Assembly (NCBI GenBank): GCA_020348345.1
Contig: CP070748.1
Coordinates: forward strand, 1,293,051-1,357,050
DNA length: 64,000 nt
From: Methanobacteriota archaeon
GTDB lineage: Archaea > Thermoplasmatota > Thermoplasmata > UBA10834
Reading direction: 5' to 3'
The notes beneath the pieces were generated by a model. That model was given only the letters and a program-made list of their open reading frames with translations, did no database searches and had not been told where the DNA came from. Of this stretch, positions 1 to 9,379 are shown in pieces. The position numbers and the translations under genes are program-made. The number at the start of each line of letters is the position of its first letter. Position 1 is the first letter of the stretch.

Positions 1-492
1 TTCTGGCTGGGCATATTGCTCATGATGGCTTTGGCCGTTTACACGAACATCCTGCCCATAGGCGGAACGGTAGGCGGCCTTGAGAACATCATCCTGCCAG
101 CACTCACATTGGGGCTAGGGAACGCCGCCCTGACAACGCGTATGATGAGATCGAGCATGCTGGAGGTCAAGCGACAGGACTACATCACCCAGCTGCGATC
201 TCGAGGCCTCCCTGAGCGGGAAGTTATATTCAAACACGCCCTCAGAAACGCGCTATTGCCAGTCATCACTGTCATAGGTCTCGACATAGGCTGGTTCGTC
301 GCGGGGGCGGTTGTGGTTGAGACGGTCTTCTCGTGGCCTGGGATCGGGATGCTGGTGATCAATTCGATCGCCAATGCCGACTTCCCGACCGTGCAAGGGT
401 GCATTCTCGTGCTTGCGCTGTTCGTGGTGCTGGGGAACCTTGTCGCTGATATTCTTTACGCATTCGTTGACCCGAGGGTGAGGCTAGGATGA
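1..492 (+). CDS. Oligopeptide/dipeptide ABC transporter permease (OppB/DppB family), C-terminal part; the 5' end lies outside the window
   Basis: Frame 1 is open from nt 1. The translation (ALTLGLGNAALTTRMMRSSMLEV ... DILYAFVDPRVR) matches the conserved C-terminus of Opp/Dpp permeases. ATGA overlap with the next gene at 489-492. Confidence 0.85.
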   Translation, partial: FWLGILLMMALAVYTNILPIGGTVGGLENIILPALTLGLGNAALTTRMMRSSMLEVKRQDYITQLRSRGLPEREVIFKHALRNALLPVITVIGLDIGWFVAGAVVVETVFSWPGIGMLVINSIANADFPTVQGCILVLALFVVLGNLVADILYAFVDPRVRLG

Positions 493-1397
493 GACGCCGA
501 AAGACCCTGAGCGACATACTTGCTGGGTGGAGGATGTCAGAGGGCGCCAAGGAGGCAATAAAGGACATAATTGATAGGAGCAGGCGCAACACGATGGTAG
601 CGGTGGGCGCGACCATCATCATCGTCATGTTCTCACTTGCACTTCTCGCACCCGTACTCCCCATATCCGATCCGGAAGAGTATGTCGATGAGAGTTTCCA
701 ACCTCCGTCGGACAACCGCTGGTTCGGAACCGACGAGCTTGGTCGGGATGTGTTCAGCCGCGTCATATGGGGGACTCGCATTTCCCTGCAGGTCGCTGTG
801 CTGGCAATTTTCTTCTCCCTCCTCATAGGCATCATGATGGGGCTGATGGCGGGCTACTTCGGGGGCAAGACGGACTATCTCATCGCAGGCACGATAGATT
901 TGTTCTGGACCTTTCCGCCCTTCCTGTTGGCACTGGCGTTCGCAGCGACGGTGGCCGGCGGGAGCCTCACAGCAGTCATAATCGCGATATCGATATCGTA
1001 TTGGGCGGGGTTCGCGCGCCTCATGAGAGGGCAGGCGCTCTCTGTCAGAGAGAGACAGTTCGTGGAGGCGAGCCGAGCTTTGGGGGCGAGTAACATCAGG
1101 ATCATGTTCACACACGTCTTCCCCAATTGTCTCGCCCCGTTGATAGTCTGGGCCTCGATCGGCGTCGCTGACGCCATCACAATCGAGAGCAGCCTTAGCT
1201 TCCTCGGAGTGGGCACACAACCGCCCACACCAAGCTGGGGGTACATGCTGTTCCGTGGGCTCGCAAACCTGCAAGAAGCTCCCTGGATGTCCACGTTCCC
1301 AGGGGTTGTGCTCCTCATCACCGTGCTCGGATTCAACCTCCTGGGCGATGGCATGAGGGACGTTCTCGATCCGCGGATGAAGGGGATGAGACGATGA
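489..1397 (+). CDS. Oligopeptide/dipeptide ABC transporter permease (OppC/DppC family)
   Basis: 302 aa. N-terminal TM helix, then FGTDELGRDVFSRVIWGTRISL and a SYWAGFARLMRGQALSVRERQFVEA EAA-loop, both typical of OppC/DppC. Start and stop overlap the neighbouring genes. Confidence 0.9.
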   Translation: MRRRKTLSDILAGWRMSEGAKEAIKDIIDRSRRNTMVAVGATIIIVMFSLALLAPVLPISDPEEYVDESFQPPSDNRWFGTDELGRDVFSRVIWGTRISLQVAVLAIFFSLLIGIMMGLMAGYFGGKTDYLIAGTIDLFWTFPPFLLALAFAATVAGGSLTAVIIAISISYWAGFARLMRGQALSVRERQFVEASRALGASNIRIMFTHVFPNCLAPLIVWASIGVADAITIESSLSFLGVGTQPPTPSWGYMLFRGLANLQEAPWMSTFPGVVLLITVLGFNLLGDGMRDVLDPRMKGMRR

Positions 1398-2395
1398 TCG
1401 CCGCTGGCAAGCCCTTGCTGGAGATCAGGGGATTGAGGACACAGTTCTTCCTCCACGAGGGCACGGTAACTGCCCTCGACGGAATAGACCTCACCATATA
1501 CGAGAACGAGTCGTTGGGCATAGTGGGGGAGACCGGGTGTGGCAAGAGCATGACCGCGTTCTCCGTCCTGAGACTGGTGCCTCATCCGGGCAAGATCACA
1601 GATGGATCCATCAAGTTCAAAGGTCTCGAGCTGATGAATCTCACGGAGGAGCAGATGCGAGGGATAAGGGGCAGGAGGATATCGATGATCTTCCAGGATC
1701 CGTCGTCCTCTCTCGACCCGGTATTCAACATAGGCTCGCAGCTGGGCGAAGTCATCTCACTTCATCAGAACATATATGACAAGGACGCCCTGAAGAAGAA
1801 AACCATCGAGGCTCTGAAGCTCGTCAGGATAGCTGCTCCTGAGAGCGTGCTCAGACAGTATCCCCACGAGCTCAGCGGCGGCATGAAGCAGAGGATAATG
1901 ATCGCTCTTGCCCTGTCCTGCAACCCCTCACTGCTCATTGCCGACGAGCCGACTACGGCGCTCGATGTAACGATACAAGCACAGATACTGAACCTGTTGA
2001 AGGAGGTCATCAGAGAAGCTGGAAGCTCCATGATACTGATCACGCACAACCTCGGGGTGGTCGCCGAGACCTGTGACAGGGTCTGCATCATGTACGCCGG
2101 CAGGATAGTGGAGATAGCCGAGACCTTCGAGCTCTTCGGGAATCCGCTGCATCCGTACGCCAAGGGCTTGCTCATGGCATTCCCCAAGCTGGGCGAGCAG
2201 AAGGAGGAGCTGGCAGTCGTCAGGGGAACGGTGCCGAATCTGATGGAACCCTTCCCTGGTTGCCCGTTCGTGGACCGGTGCGACTACGCAACCAACGTGT
2301 GCGAGCGCGTGAGACCGACCATGGTTGAAGTCGAGCCAGGGCATATGGTCGCGTGTCACCTGTATCCTAAAGGAGGAGGGTGGCAAGATGGCTAG
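1394..2395 (+). CDS. Oligopeptide/dipeptide ABC transporter ATP-binding protein (OppD/DppD type)
   Basis: Walker A GETGCGKS, signature LSGGMKQR, Walker [13 protein letters not shown], and a C-terminal Cys-containing Opp extension. Ends with a TAG stop. Confidence 0.9.
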   Translation: MIAAGKPLLEIRGLRTQFFLHEGTVTALDGIDLTIYENESLGIVGETGCGKSMTAFSVLRLVPHPGKITDGSIKFKGLELMNLTEEQMRGIRGRRISMIFQDPSSSLDPVFNIGSQLGEVISLHQNIYDKDALKKKTIEALKLVRIAAPESVLRQYPHELSGGMKQRIMIALALSCNPSLLIADEPTTALDVTIQAQILNLLKEVIREAGSSMILITHNLGVVAETCDRVCIMYAGRIVEIAETFELFGNPLHPYAKGLLMAFPKLGEQKEELAVVRGTVPNLMEPFPGCPFVDRCDYATNVCERVRPTMVEVEPGHMVACHLYPKGGGWQDG

Positions 2396-3386
2396 CGAGG
2401 AGAAGTTCCTCTTAGAGGTGGCGAACCTCGAGAAGCTGTTTCCCGTCAAGAAGGGCGTCATCGGGAAGACCGTCGCGCATGTGCATGCTGTTGACGGCGT
2501 CTCCCTGTCAATTCGAAGCAGGGAGACGCTGGGTCTCGTCGGCGAATCCGGCTGTGGCAAGACGACCTTCGGCCGCACTGTGCTCCGCCTCATCGAGCCC
2601 ACCGGGGGGAAGATAGTCTTCGACGGTAAGGACATCACGGACACCCCCGCCTCGCAGCTCAGGAGCATGCGGAAGAGGCTCCAGATCGTGTTCCAGAATC
2701 CCTATTCCAGCCTTGATCCGAGGATGACGGTCGAGAAGATAATCGGGGAGGGGTTCAAGGTACACGGCCCTCCATCCGACGTAAAGAAAAGCTATAGAAT
2801 TGCCGAGAGAGAGCGCATTCACCAGCTCATCGAGCAGGTTGGCCTGTCACACGACCATCTCTCCAGGCTACCTCATGAGTTCAGCGGCGGTCAGAAACAG
2901 CGCATCGCCCTGGCCAGAGCTCTGGCTCTCGACCCCGACTTCGTTGTTCTGGATGAACCTACATCGGCTCTCGACGTCTCCGTTCAGGCGCAGGCCCTCA
3001 ACCTTCTGAAACGACTTCAGGAGAAGCTCGGGCTAACGTACCTGTTCATCTCCCACGACCTCTCGGTCGTTGCGCACATGAGCAACAGAATCGCCGTGAT
3101 GTACCTGGGCAAGATCATCGAGCTGGCGCCAGCGATGGAGTTTCTCAACAACGCCAAGCATCCGTACACTCAGGCGCTGATAGCTTCCATTCCGATCCCA
3201 GACCCCAAGATGAGGAAGGAGCGGAAGGGAATCGAAGGCGAGGTTCCGAGCCCCATCGACCCGCCGAAAGGATGCCGGTTCCATCCGAGATGTCCGATAT
3301 CGGGAGAGATATGCAGAAAGGCCGAGCCTGAGATGATAGACATTGGCGGAGGCCACCTCGTGGCCTGCCACATGAGGAAGTCATAG
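2388..3386 (+). CDS. Oligopeptide/dipeptide ABC transporter ATP-binding protein (OppF/DppF type)
   Basis: Walker A GESGCGKT, signature FSGGQKQR, Walker [14 protein letters not shown] chose the ATG at 2388 (MASEEKF...), which overlaps the oppD stop by 8 nt. The track ORF begins at 2325, inside oppD. Confidence 0.9.
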   Translation: MASEEKFLLEVANLEKLFPVKKGVIGKTVAHVHAVDGVSLSIRSRETLGLVGESGCGKTTFGRTVLRLIEPTGGKIVFDGKDITDTPASQLRSMRKRLQIVFQNPYSSLDPRMTVEKIIGEGFKVHGPPSDVKKSYRIAERERIHQLIEQVGLSHDHLSRLPHEFSGGQKQRIALARALALDPDFVVLDEPTSALDVSVQAQALNLLKRLQEKLGLTYLFISHDLSVVAHMSNRIAVMYLGKIIELAPAMEFLNNAKHPYTQALIASIPIPDPKMRKERKGIEGEVPSPIDPPKGCRFHPRCPISGEICRKAEPEMIDIGGGHLVACHMRKS

Positions 3387-3697
3387 CACGTTTAGAAATG
3401 GCCGTGCAACACATTCACTTCGGACATCGCACCTCGATAAGCCATAGCCAATGGCAGCACAGAATTCAACGAGTCAGGATGATTGGCGCATAAGAAGCCA
3501 GATTGGGCACCTCAGGTTCGGCAGCCCTGACAGGCCGACTCGCGGAGATCCAACGTCTCATGAATCGCCAACACGTCAGCCGTCTTCTTTGATCCGCAGA
3601 CCGATACGCTCTGCGAACCCCGTCTTAGCTCTCGTGTGGCGAAAAACACATGTAATAACATGAATATCCGATTGACTTGGCTGGAGGTGGCTAGGCT

Positions 3698-4891
3698 ATG
3701 TCCCCGAACGTGTTCACCGGCAGTGTCAAGCTTGTCTTCGTCGCGGCAGCTCTGGCTGTGTTCGTTCTCTCAATGCTAGCTTCCAGCTCCTCAGCCCATA
3801 TTCCAGCCTTTGACACAGGCGAAGATTCATACAATACTGCAGAGGTAATTGACAACCCAGATACGTCGTACGCGTTCTACGGTGAGCTTCCATCCATGAT
3901 TCCAGGTAGCCCTGTCGGCGCGAGATATTACGCCCTCGAAGTGGCAGGCAGTCTGGAATTCAGCTTCGAGGTTGGGAGGAGGGATCTCTTCTTCGCGCCT
4001 TGCGTACTACTGACTGGGCCTGGACTTCCGAGTCCAGACGAGAACACTCAGAACATCATCGACAGCAGCGGCTTGAGTCTGCCCGACGGATATGGAGCTT
4101 TGGGGTGGTCATTTGTGTTTCTTCCCTACTTGGACTACATCCCTGAAAGGGAGTTCGAGCCGTTCACTCAGACCACATTCTACTACTCCTACAGGGAAAG
4201 CGTCCTCCTGCCATCAGAGGGCACCTACTATCTCGTTCTGACAGGCGTTGTATACTCAGAGGAACTCGGAGACTATCAGGTCACCTCTGGGAAATACCTG
4301 CTGGTGACAGGTAACCTGGAGGAGTTCACAGTCAAGGACTATGTGCTGATGCCTTGGTATTGGTCGAAGGTCCAGAGCTTCTGGGGAGAACAGGGAAGGA
4401 TCCTGTTCCTCCTGCCCACGGCTGTCGTTCTCGTAGGCCTCCTCGCGGTCGAATGGATGAGGAAGAGGAAGGACGAGGCCTTCAGAGCAGAAGCCAAGCC
4501 GAAACGATTCCTATATTTCGGAGGATTGGCAGGTTCATTTCTAATGATTGGCGCCGCGGTCAACCAGGTGTCGTTCCTGGTTCGGTATATGTCGCTGCAT
4601 GACTGGAGTGGCATAGTGCTCCTCGTCCTCGCGCTTCAGCTGGGCGGCCTTGCTCTCGGAGCGATATCGGCAAGCATCACCAAAAGCCAATTCTTCCAAA
4701 TGAGTGGTGGAATGCTGATCACAGTAGCAGTGATCGCTGCGCTGGCATTGCTGCTGGGCGCAGGACTGATACTCGGCCCTGTGCTCTTCTTTGGCAGCCT
4801 GGCAATCGTCACGCTCCTTGGCCGCAAGACTCGGCAAAGCCGTCTCTTGGTCGATGAGGATCAAGACAGCCGTGACTCAAAATCCTCATAA
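3698..4891 (+). CDS. Hypothetical secreted/membrane protein: signal peptide, roughly 200-aa ectodomain, multi-TM C-terminal half
   Basis: GGAGGTGG Shine-Dalgarno 8 nt upstream of the ATG. Hydrophobic N-terminus (VKLVFVAAALAVFVLSMLASSSSA), several C-terminal hydrophobic helices and a charged tail. No family recognised. Confidence 0.5.
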   Translation: MSPNVFTGSVKLVFVAAALAVFVLSMLASSSSAHIPAFDTGEDSYNTAEVIDNPDTSYAFYGELPSMIPGSPVGARYYALEVAGSLEFSFEVGRRDLFFAPCVLLTGPGLPSPDENTQNIIDSSGLSLPDGYGALGWSFVFLPYLDYIPEREFEPFTQTTFYYSYRESVLLPSEGTYYLVLTGVVYSEELGDYQVTSGKYLLVTGNLEEFTVKDYVLMPWYWSKVQSFWGEQGRILFLLPTAVVLVGLLAVEWMRKRKDEAFRAEAKPKRFLYFGGLAGSFLMIGAAVNQVSFLVRYMSLHDWSGIVLLVLALQLGGLALGAISASITKSQFFQMSGGMLITVAVIAALALLLGAGLILGPVLFFGSLAIVTLLGRKTRQSRLLVDEDQDSRDSKSS

Positions 4892-6042
4892 CTCGACCGA
4901 CGGACGATTCTCACTTCGTTGGATTTGGCTAGAATTGCTATGGCTGGAAGGGGTATGCCATTGAACATGTTGTTGCTCACAACCGAATAAGAAGCCATAT
5001 CGGTGAACATCAGCCTTGAACCTCGATGCAGCGGTTGTTTGAAAGAGTAGTCTCCGATGATGTCTCCAGACAGACAGCTGCGGCTAGCCAACCGATACGT
5101 ATGCTTCGATTCGCCGGGCCCGCAGCCGCCTATGACATCCATTCTGAACGCTGCAGCCAGTATGTCCTGTGCGTGAGCCCAAGCGGAGATGTCCAGAATA
5201 GCAATATCCATCTCGTTGTGAACGACATCGAGCACCGTCGACATCAGCACCCCAGCGTTCAGTGCGACGGCTTCTCCCGGTTCCATGTAGACGTCGACGA
5301 CATATTCTTCTCGAAAATCAGCCACCACACGGAATAATCGGTCGATATCATAGTCCGGAGCGGTTATGAGCTGACCTCCCCCGAAGTTCACCCATCTGAC
5401 GCGCGACAGATGACGCTCGAACTTCTCCTCGACCACCCCGATCAGCCTCTCCAATGAATCGGAGTTCTGCTGACACAAGGCATGGAAATGGAGGCCGTCT
5501 ATTCCCTCTGGGACGGTTCTGAAATCGTCTGCCCTGACTCCGAAGCGAGTGTATCTTGCGCAAGGGTTCCACAGATCGATTGGTACCTCGGAGTACTCGG
5601 GGTTGATACGGATGCCGCAACTCACCTTGCGCGCAGACTCCTCCACCACCGGACGGGCTCTCTCCCACTGCGCGATCGAATTGAATACGATATGGTCGGA
5701 TATCCGCAACAGCTCCTCGAACTCGCGGTCGTCATACGCGGGAGCGAAGACATGGACCTCCTTTCCGAACCTCTCCCTTCCGAGGCGAGCCTCGTACAAT
5801 CCGCTCGCACAGGTTCCGTGAAGGTACTTGCTTATCAGCGGGAACAAGCTGGGAAGAGTGAACCCTTTCAGGGCCATGAGTATCCTACACCCTGATAGCT
5901 CTTGGACCTCACCAAGGATCTTGCAGTTCTCCTCGATCGCCAGTTCATCTATGATGTAGCAGGGGGATGGGACCTCAGCGAGCGCCTCTTCATCGAGCAT
6001 TTCTATCCGCTGCATAGCGAGCTTAAGGCGCTCCTGACTCAA
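4861..6042 (-). CDS. nspC: Carboxynorspermidine/carboxyspermidine decarboxylase
   Basis: 393 aa. SPCYIIDE...ENCKIL...ILMALKGF...YLHGTCASGLYEARLGRERFGKEVHVFAPAY...DHIVFNS...IRINPEYSEV matches the NspC branch of the alanine-racemase-fold PLP decarboxylases. Confidence 0.8.
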   Translation of the reverse strand: MSQERLKLAMQRIEMLDEEALAEVPSPCYIIDELAIEENCKILGEVQELSGCRILMALKGFTLPSLFPLISKYLHGTCASGLYEARLGRERFGKEVHVFAPAYDDREFEELLRISDHIVFNSIAQWERARPVVEESARKVSCGIRINPEYSEVPIDLWNPCARYTRFGVRADDFRTVPEGIDGLHFHALCQQNSDSLERLIGVVEEKFERHLSRVRWVNFGGGQLITAPDYDIDRLFRVVADFREEYVVDVYMEPGEAVALNAGVLMSTVLDVVHNEMDIAILDISAWAHAQDILAAAFRMDVIGGCGPGESKHTYRLASRSCLSGDIIGDYSFKQPLHRGSRLMFTDMASYSVVSNNMFNGIPLPAIAILAKSNEVRIVRRSSYEDFESRLS

Positions 6043-6107
6043 AAAGGCTTACTCATGCGCTCTCCAGAGGCACGGCCGGATGTTGCGAAGCCTACGCGGA
6101 GTCTTCG

Positions 6108-6686
6108 CTACTCGGACGATGATTGGACTCGGTGATCGACCAGCCTGCAGCCCGAATGGTCTGTGGTGATGTACTGGTGCTCAAACTCATCCTCCCAATA
6201 TGACGCGTATGATGCATCGCCATTCTCGAGCCTCTTCACCGCGGTCTTGGCCAATGTGTGGGCGAGCTCGGCGTCGACCTCTCGCCACGCCTCTCTCGCC
6301 CTTGGAGGCACGAAGAGGTACGTTGGCGATTCGTCTATGAATCTCGGAGGCAACCTTTCAAGGGTGAAGATGTCACAGGCCGTCTCGCCGCTCGGGATTT
6401 CGTCCGAGTTGAATTGAACTAGATGCATAAGCTCGTGGGCAATCGTGTAGTACGTCGGATACTGCCACAGGCCGCCCTTCCGCTTCCGAACCTCGAGATT
6501 CAGCCTGACGAACCCTCTGCTGGACTGGAAAACGAAGCCCTCGAAGAGCCGCGTCAGGCCGACCCTGACCTGTGGGCTCAGTTCTGGGAAGTAGGGCTGC
6601 AGAGTGTTCAATCTCAACGATATCTTCTCCCTGACCTCTATTGGAAGCCGGCGAGCTCTCCTGGTCCACGATACCTCCATTGGCAT
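6108..6686 (-). CDS. Hypothetical protein with an HExxH zinc-metallopeptidase-like motif
   Basis: 192 aa. YYTIAHELMHLVQF contains HELMH. GGGAG Shine-Dalgarno 5 nt upstream of the ATG. Same strand as nspC and upstream of it. Confidence 0.45.
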   Translation of the reverse strand: MPMEVSWTRRARRLPIEVREKISLRLNTLQPYFPELSPQVRVGLTRLFEGFVFQSSRGFVRLNLEVRKRKGGLWQYPTYYTIAHELMHLVQFNSDEIPSGETACDIFTLERLPPRFIDESPTYLFVPPRAREAWREVDAELAHTLAKTAVKRLENGDASYASYWEDEFEHQYITTDHSGCRLVDHRVQSSSE

Positions 6687-7028
6687 CTGTCTCCCGTAAT
6701 GTCCGCCCAGTTCTTAGTTGATGCGATTCTGACCTCCTCGACACTCGGGTTTGGCGAGAGATGCTCGTGAAGGCGCAAGGCTGAAGCATGTGCGGTTGAA
6801 TGACAACCCGCAAGCCTCGGACTGCAAGATGATGTTCCTGCAAGACGCCGGAGGCACGGCCGAAATCACCGTACATCACGAGAATCGCAAATGTCCTTAA
6901 GGTCCCTGACGATACCGCATTAAGCCTCGATGAAGGTGAAATGCTTGCCCACAAGGAAAGGCACTAGAAAACCAGTGGGAAAGAAGTCGACAGAGGGCAC
7001 GGCGACATATGCCAAGAAGTACGCTTCG

Positions 7029-8354
7029 ATGATGAAAAATTCGAAAGCGGAATACATGCGTGCGCGTAACTTCCTGCCAGGTGGCGTGGAAAGCAATTTC
7101 AGGCACTTGGATCCGTTTCCGTTCTATGCAGCTAGAGCTGATGGATCCAGAATCTACGATATCGATGGGAACGAATACATAGACTTCCTCCTCAGCCAAG
7201 GCGCCATCCTTTTCGGCCACCGCAAGAGGGAGATAGAAAAGGCCGTGACGCAGCAGCTGAAGAAAGGAGCAAACACGGCTATTCCCACGGAGCTCTGTGC
7301 CGATGTTGCGCGGATGATCTCCTGCTATGTACCTAGCGTAAGACTCCTCAGGTTCGCGAACTCCGGTACGGAAGCCACAATGCATGCGCTGAGAACAGCC
7401 AGAGGATTCACCGGAAAGGACAAGATCGCGAAGCCGGAGGGAGGGTATCACGGCATGCACGACTATGTCCTCTGGAGCATATGGGCGCCCAAGATGAGAG
7501 GAAGCAAGAAGCGCCCTGAGCCGACGCCATTCTCAAGAGGAGTTCCCGAGGCTGTAGCAAAGACTGTTATCGTGTTTCCATTCAATGACATTGAAGCGAC
7601 CTATGATATCTTGCATAAGGAGAGGGACAACCTGGCGGCAGTCATCACCGAACCCGTCATGGCAAATGTCGGTTGCTTGGTCCCAAGGGACAGCTATCTA
7701 GGAGAGCTGCGAAAGATATGCAGCGAACTTGGGATTCTGTTGATACTGGACGAGGTCATAACAGGTTTCAGACTGGCACGAGGCGGCGCCCAGGAGGTCT
7801 TCAAAGTGAAGCCCGATCTCACCACGTTCGGCAAGGCGCTCGGAGGAGGCTTCCAGATGGCTGCATTCGGAGGGCGAAAGGACGTGATGACGGAACTCCT
7901 GAGTTCGGACGATACCTGGCCCCCAAAAGAGTGGCCGATGAAGACCTACCATGCGGGAACCTACAGCGCTCACCCCGTGAGCCTGGCGGCGAGCGGCGCC
8001 GCTCTGAGGCTTATGGCGGATGACCGGGTCTATTCCCGCCTAAGGAGGATCTCGGAGACCTTCTATCCCGGATTGCAACAACTAATCGAAGACCGCCGCA
8101 TAACGGCACATGTGGCAGCGTGCGGATCGATGGGGCACATATACTTCGGAGCACGCGAAGTGCGGACGGTGCGTGAAGCGTTGAATACCAGATGGGACGT
8201 GCTGGGCGAATGGGGAATGGAGTGCCTCGTCCGGGGCATGCTCTTCGGTCACCCGAAGGGGGAGAAGATGTTCATCTCCACAGCGCACACGCGAGGGGAC
8301 ATCGAAATGGCCTTGGAGGTCGCGGATAGCGGGTTTCACGCGATCCGCTTGTAG
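7029..8354 (+). CDS. Class-III PLP aminotransferase, glutamate-1-semialdehyde 2,1-aminomutase-like
   Basis: NFLPGGVESNFRH, GTEATMHALRTARGFTG, LILDEVITGFRL and DLTTFGKALGGGFQMAAFGG (PLP lysine). The start is uncertain: the track ORF extends to 6930 with a Lys-rich leader, and I chose MMKNSKAEY at 7029. Confidence 0.8.
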   Translation: MMKNSKAEYMRARNFLPGGVESNFRHLDPFPFYAARADGSRIYDIDGNEYIDFLLSQGAILFGHRKREIEKAVTQQLKKGANTAIPTELCADVARMISCYVPSVRLLRFANSGTEATMHALRTARGFTGKDKIAKPEGGYHGMHDYVLWSIWAPKMRGSKKRPEPTPFSRGVPEAVAKTVIVFPFNDIEATYDILHKERDNLAAVITEPVMANVGCLVPRDSYLGELRKICSELGILLILDEVITGFRLARGGAQEVFKVKPDLTTFGKALGGGFQMAAFGGRKDVMTELLSSDDTWPPKEWPMKTYHAGTYSAHPVSLAASGAALRLMADDRVYSRLRRISETFYPGLQQLIEDRRITAHVAACGSMGHIYFGAREVRTVREALNTRWDVLGEWGMECLVRGMLFGHPKGEKMFISTAHTRGDIEMALEVADSGFHAIRL

Positions 8355-8372
8355 CGCAAACTCGGTGACAAC

Positions 8373-9299
8373 ATGTCGGGGAAGCCTTTGTTCATTGAAC
8401 GGCTCGAGCAGAATGGTTGCTTTGGGAGCGTGGTCTCTGCCGGGCATCTCAAGGAGCTTGAAGAGGAGATCAAATCCCTTCATCGCGACGGACTGCTTCA
8501 TGATAGTATTTACCGCGAATTCGCGGATCCCTATTTCTCGCCGCGACTGCCGAGGAGTCTTTCGGATGCCAAGTCCATAATTATAGTCGCTGTGCCACAG
8601 CCAATGATACGCACAACCTTCCATTATGTGGGTCGTAAGGTGCGAGTTGTCGTCCCTCCGACCTACTCCGACGCTCACAAGGTCACTTGGCGAGCGCGCA
8701 ATGAATTGAAGAGAGCCTTCGAACCGAGGCAATACAAGCTTGTGAGGGGCGTCCTACCCGCGAAACTCCTTGCGGTAAGAAGCGGATTGGCGAGATATGG
8801 CAGGAATAACATCACGTATATCCCCAAGTACGGAAGCTTTCACCGCCTGACCTCGTTCTATTCGGATTACGATAGCCCGATCGATTACTGGCAAGAGAAG
8901 GAGGCGCTTCCTCTATGTGCGAAGTGCAGCGCATGCATCAAGGCATGTCCCACAAAGGCCATCGAGAAGGACAGGTTCCTAATAAGGGCTGAGAGATGCT
9001 TGACGTATCTGAACGAGAAGGACGCAAGTCACGCATTCCCCAGGTGGGTCGGCGCTGAAGCGCATAACTCCGTAATCGGATGCATGCGCTGTCAGAGATC
9101 ATGTCCCTACAACAAGGAAGTGGCCGACTGGTATGTGGATCGCGGAGTATTCGACGAGGCCGAGACCGAATACCTTCTACAGGAGAGATACAGAGGAAGG
9201 AAGGCCGCGACGATTCAGAGGAAATTGAAGGCTGTCGGCCTCGAATTGCACATATTCCCCCGTAACCTTGAGGTTCTCCTAGGCAAGGAACAGCTGTAG
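8373..9299 (+). CDS. QueG-like (epoxyqueuosine reductase / reductive dehalogenase superfamily) 4Fe-4S protein
   Basis: CAKCSACIKACPTKAI...RCLTYLNEK...GCMRCQRSCPYN reproduces the two-cluster QueG motif arrangement. Confidence 0.6.
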   Translation: MSGKPLFIERLEQNGCFGSVVSAGHLKELEEEIKSLHRDGLLHDSIYREFADPYFSPRLPRSLSDAKSIIIVAVPQPMIRTTFHYVGRKVRVVVPPTYSDAHKVTWRARNELKRAFEPRQYKLVRGVLPAKLLAVRSGLARYGRNNITYIPKYGSFHRLTSFYSDYDSPIDYWQEKEALPLCAKCSACIKACPTKAIEKDRFLIRAERCLTYLNEKDASHAFPRWVGAEAHNSVIGCMRCQRSCPYNKEVADWYVDRGVFDEAETEYLLQERYRGRKAATIQRKLKAVGLELHIFPRNLEVLLGKEQL

Positions 9300-9379
9300 C
9301 TGAAGGCGTCTGTGCTACGTGGCTGCCTTCGCCCGTAGCTTGATCGAGCTGAGGGCCTATTCTCGGGCTCGTGAACGAA

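Noticed and set aside
3451-3663. 70-aa plus-strand ORF in the oppF-downstream intergenic region
   Set aside because: It is Arg/Ser/Pro-rich, has no Shine-Dalgarno and matches no recognisable family. It most likely lies within the promoter or leader region of the 3698 gene.
4861-4891. 31-nt overlap of convergent 3' ends (also 38307-38317 and 58861-58886)
   Set aside because: This is consistent with the very compact gene packing throughout the window. Nothing suggests a functional antisense arrangement.
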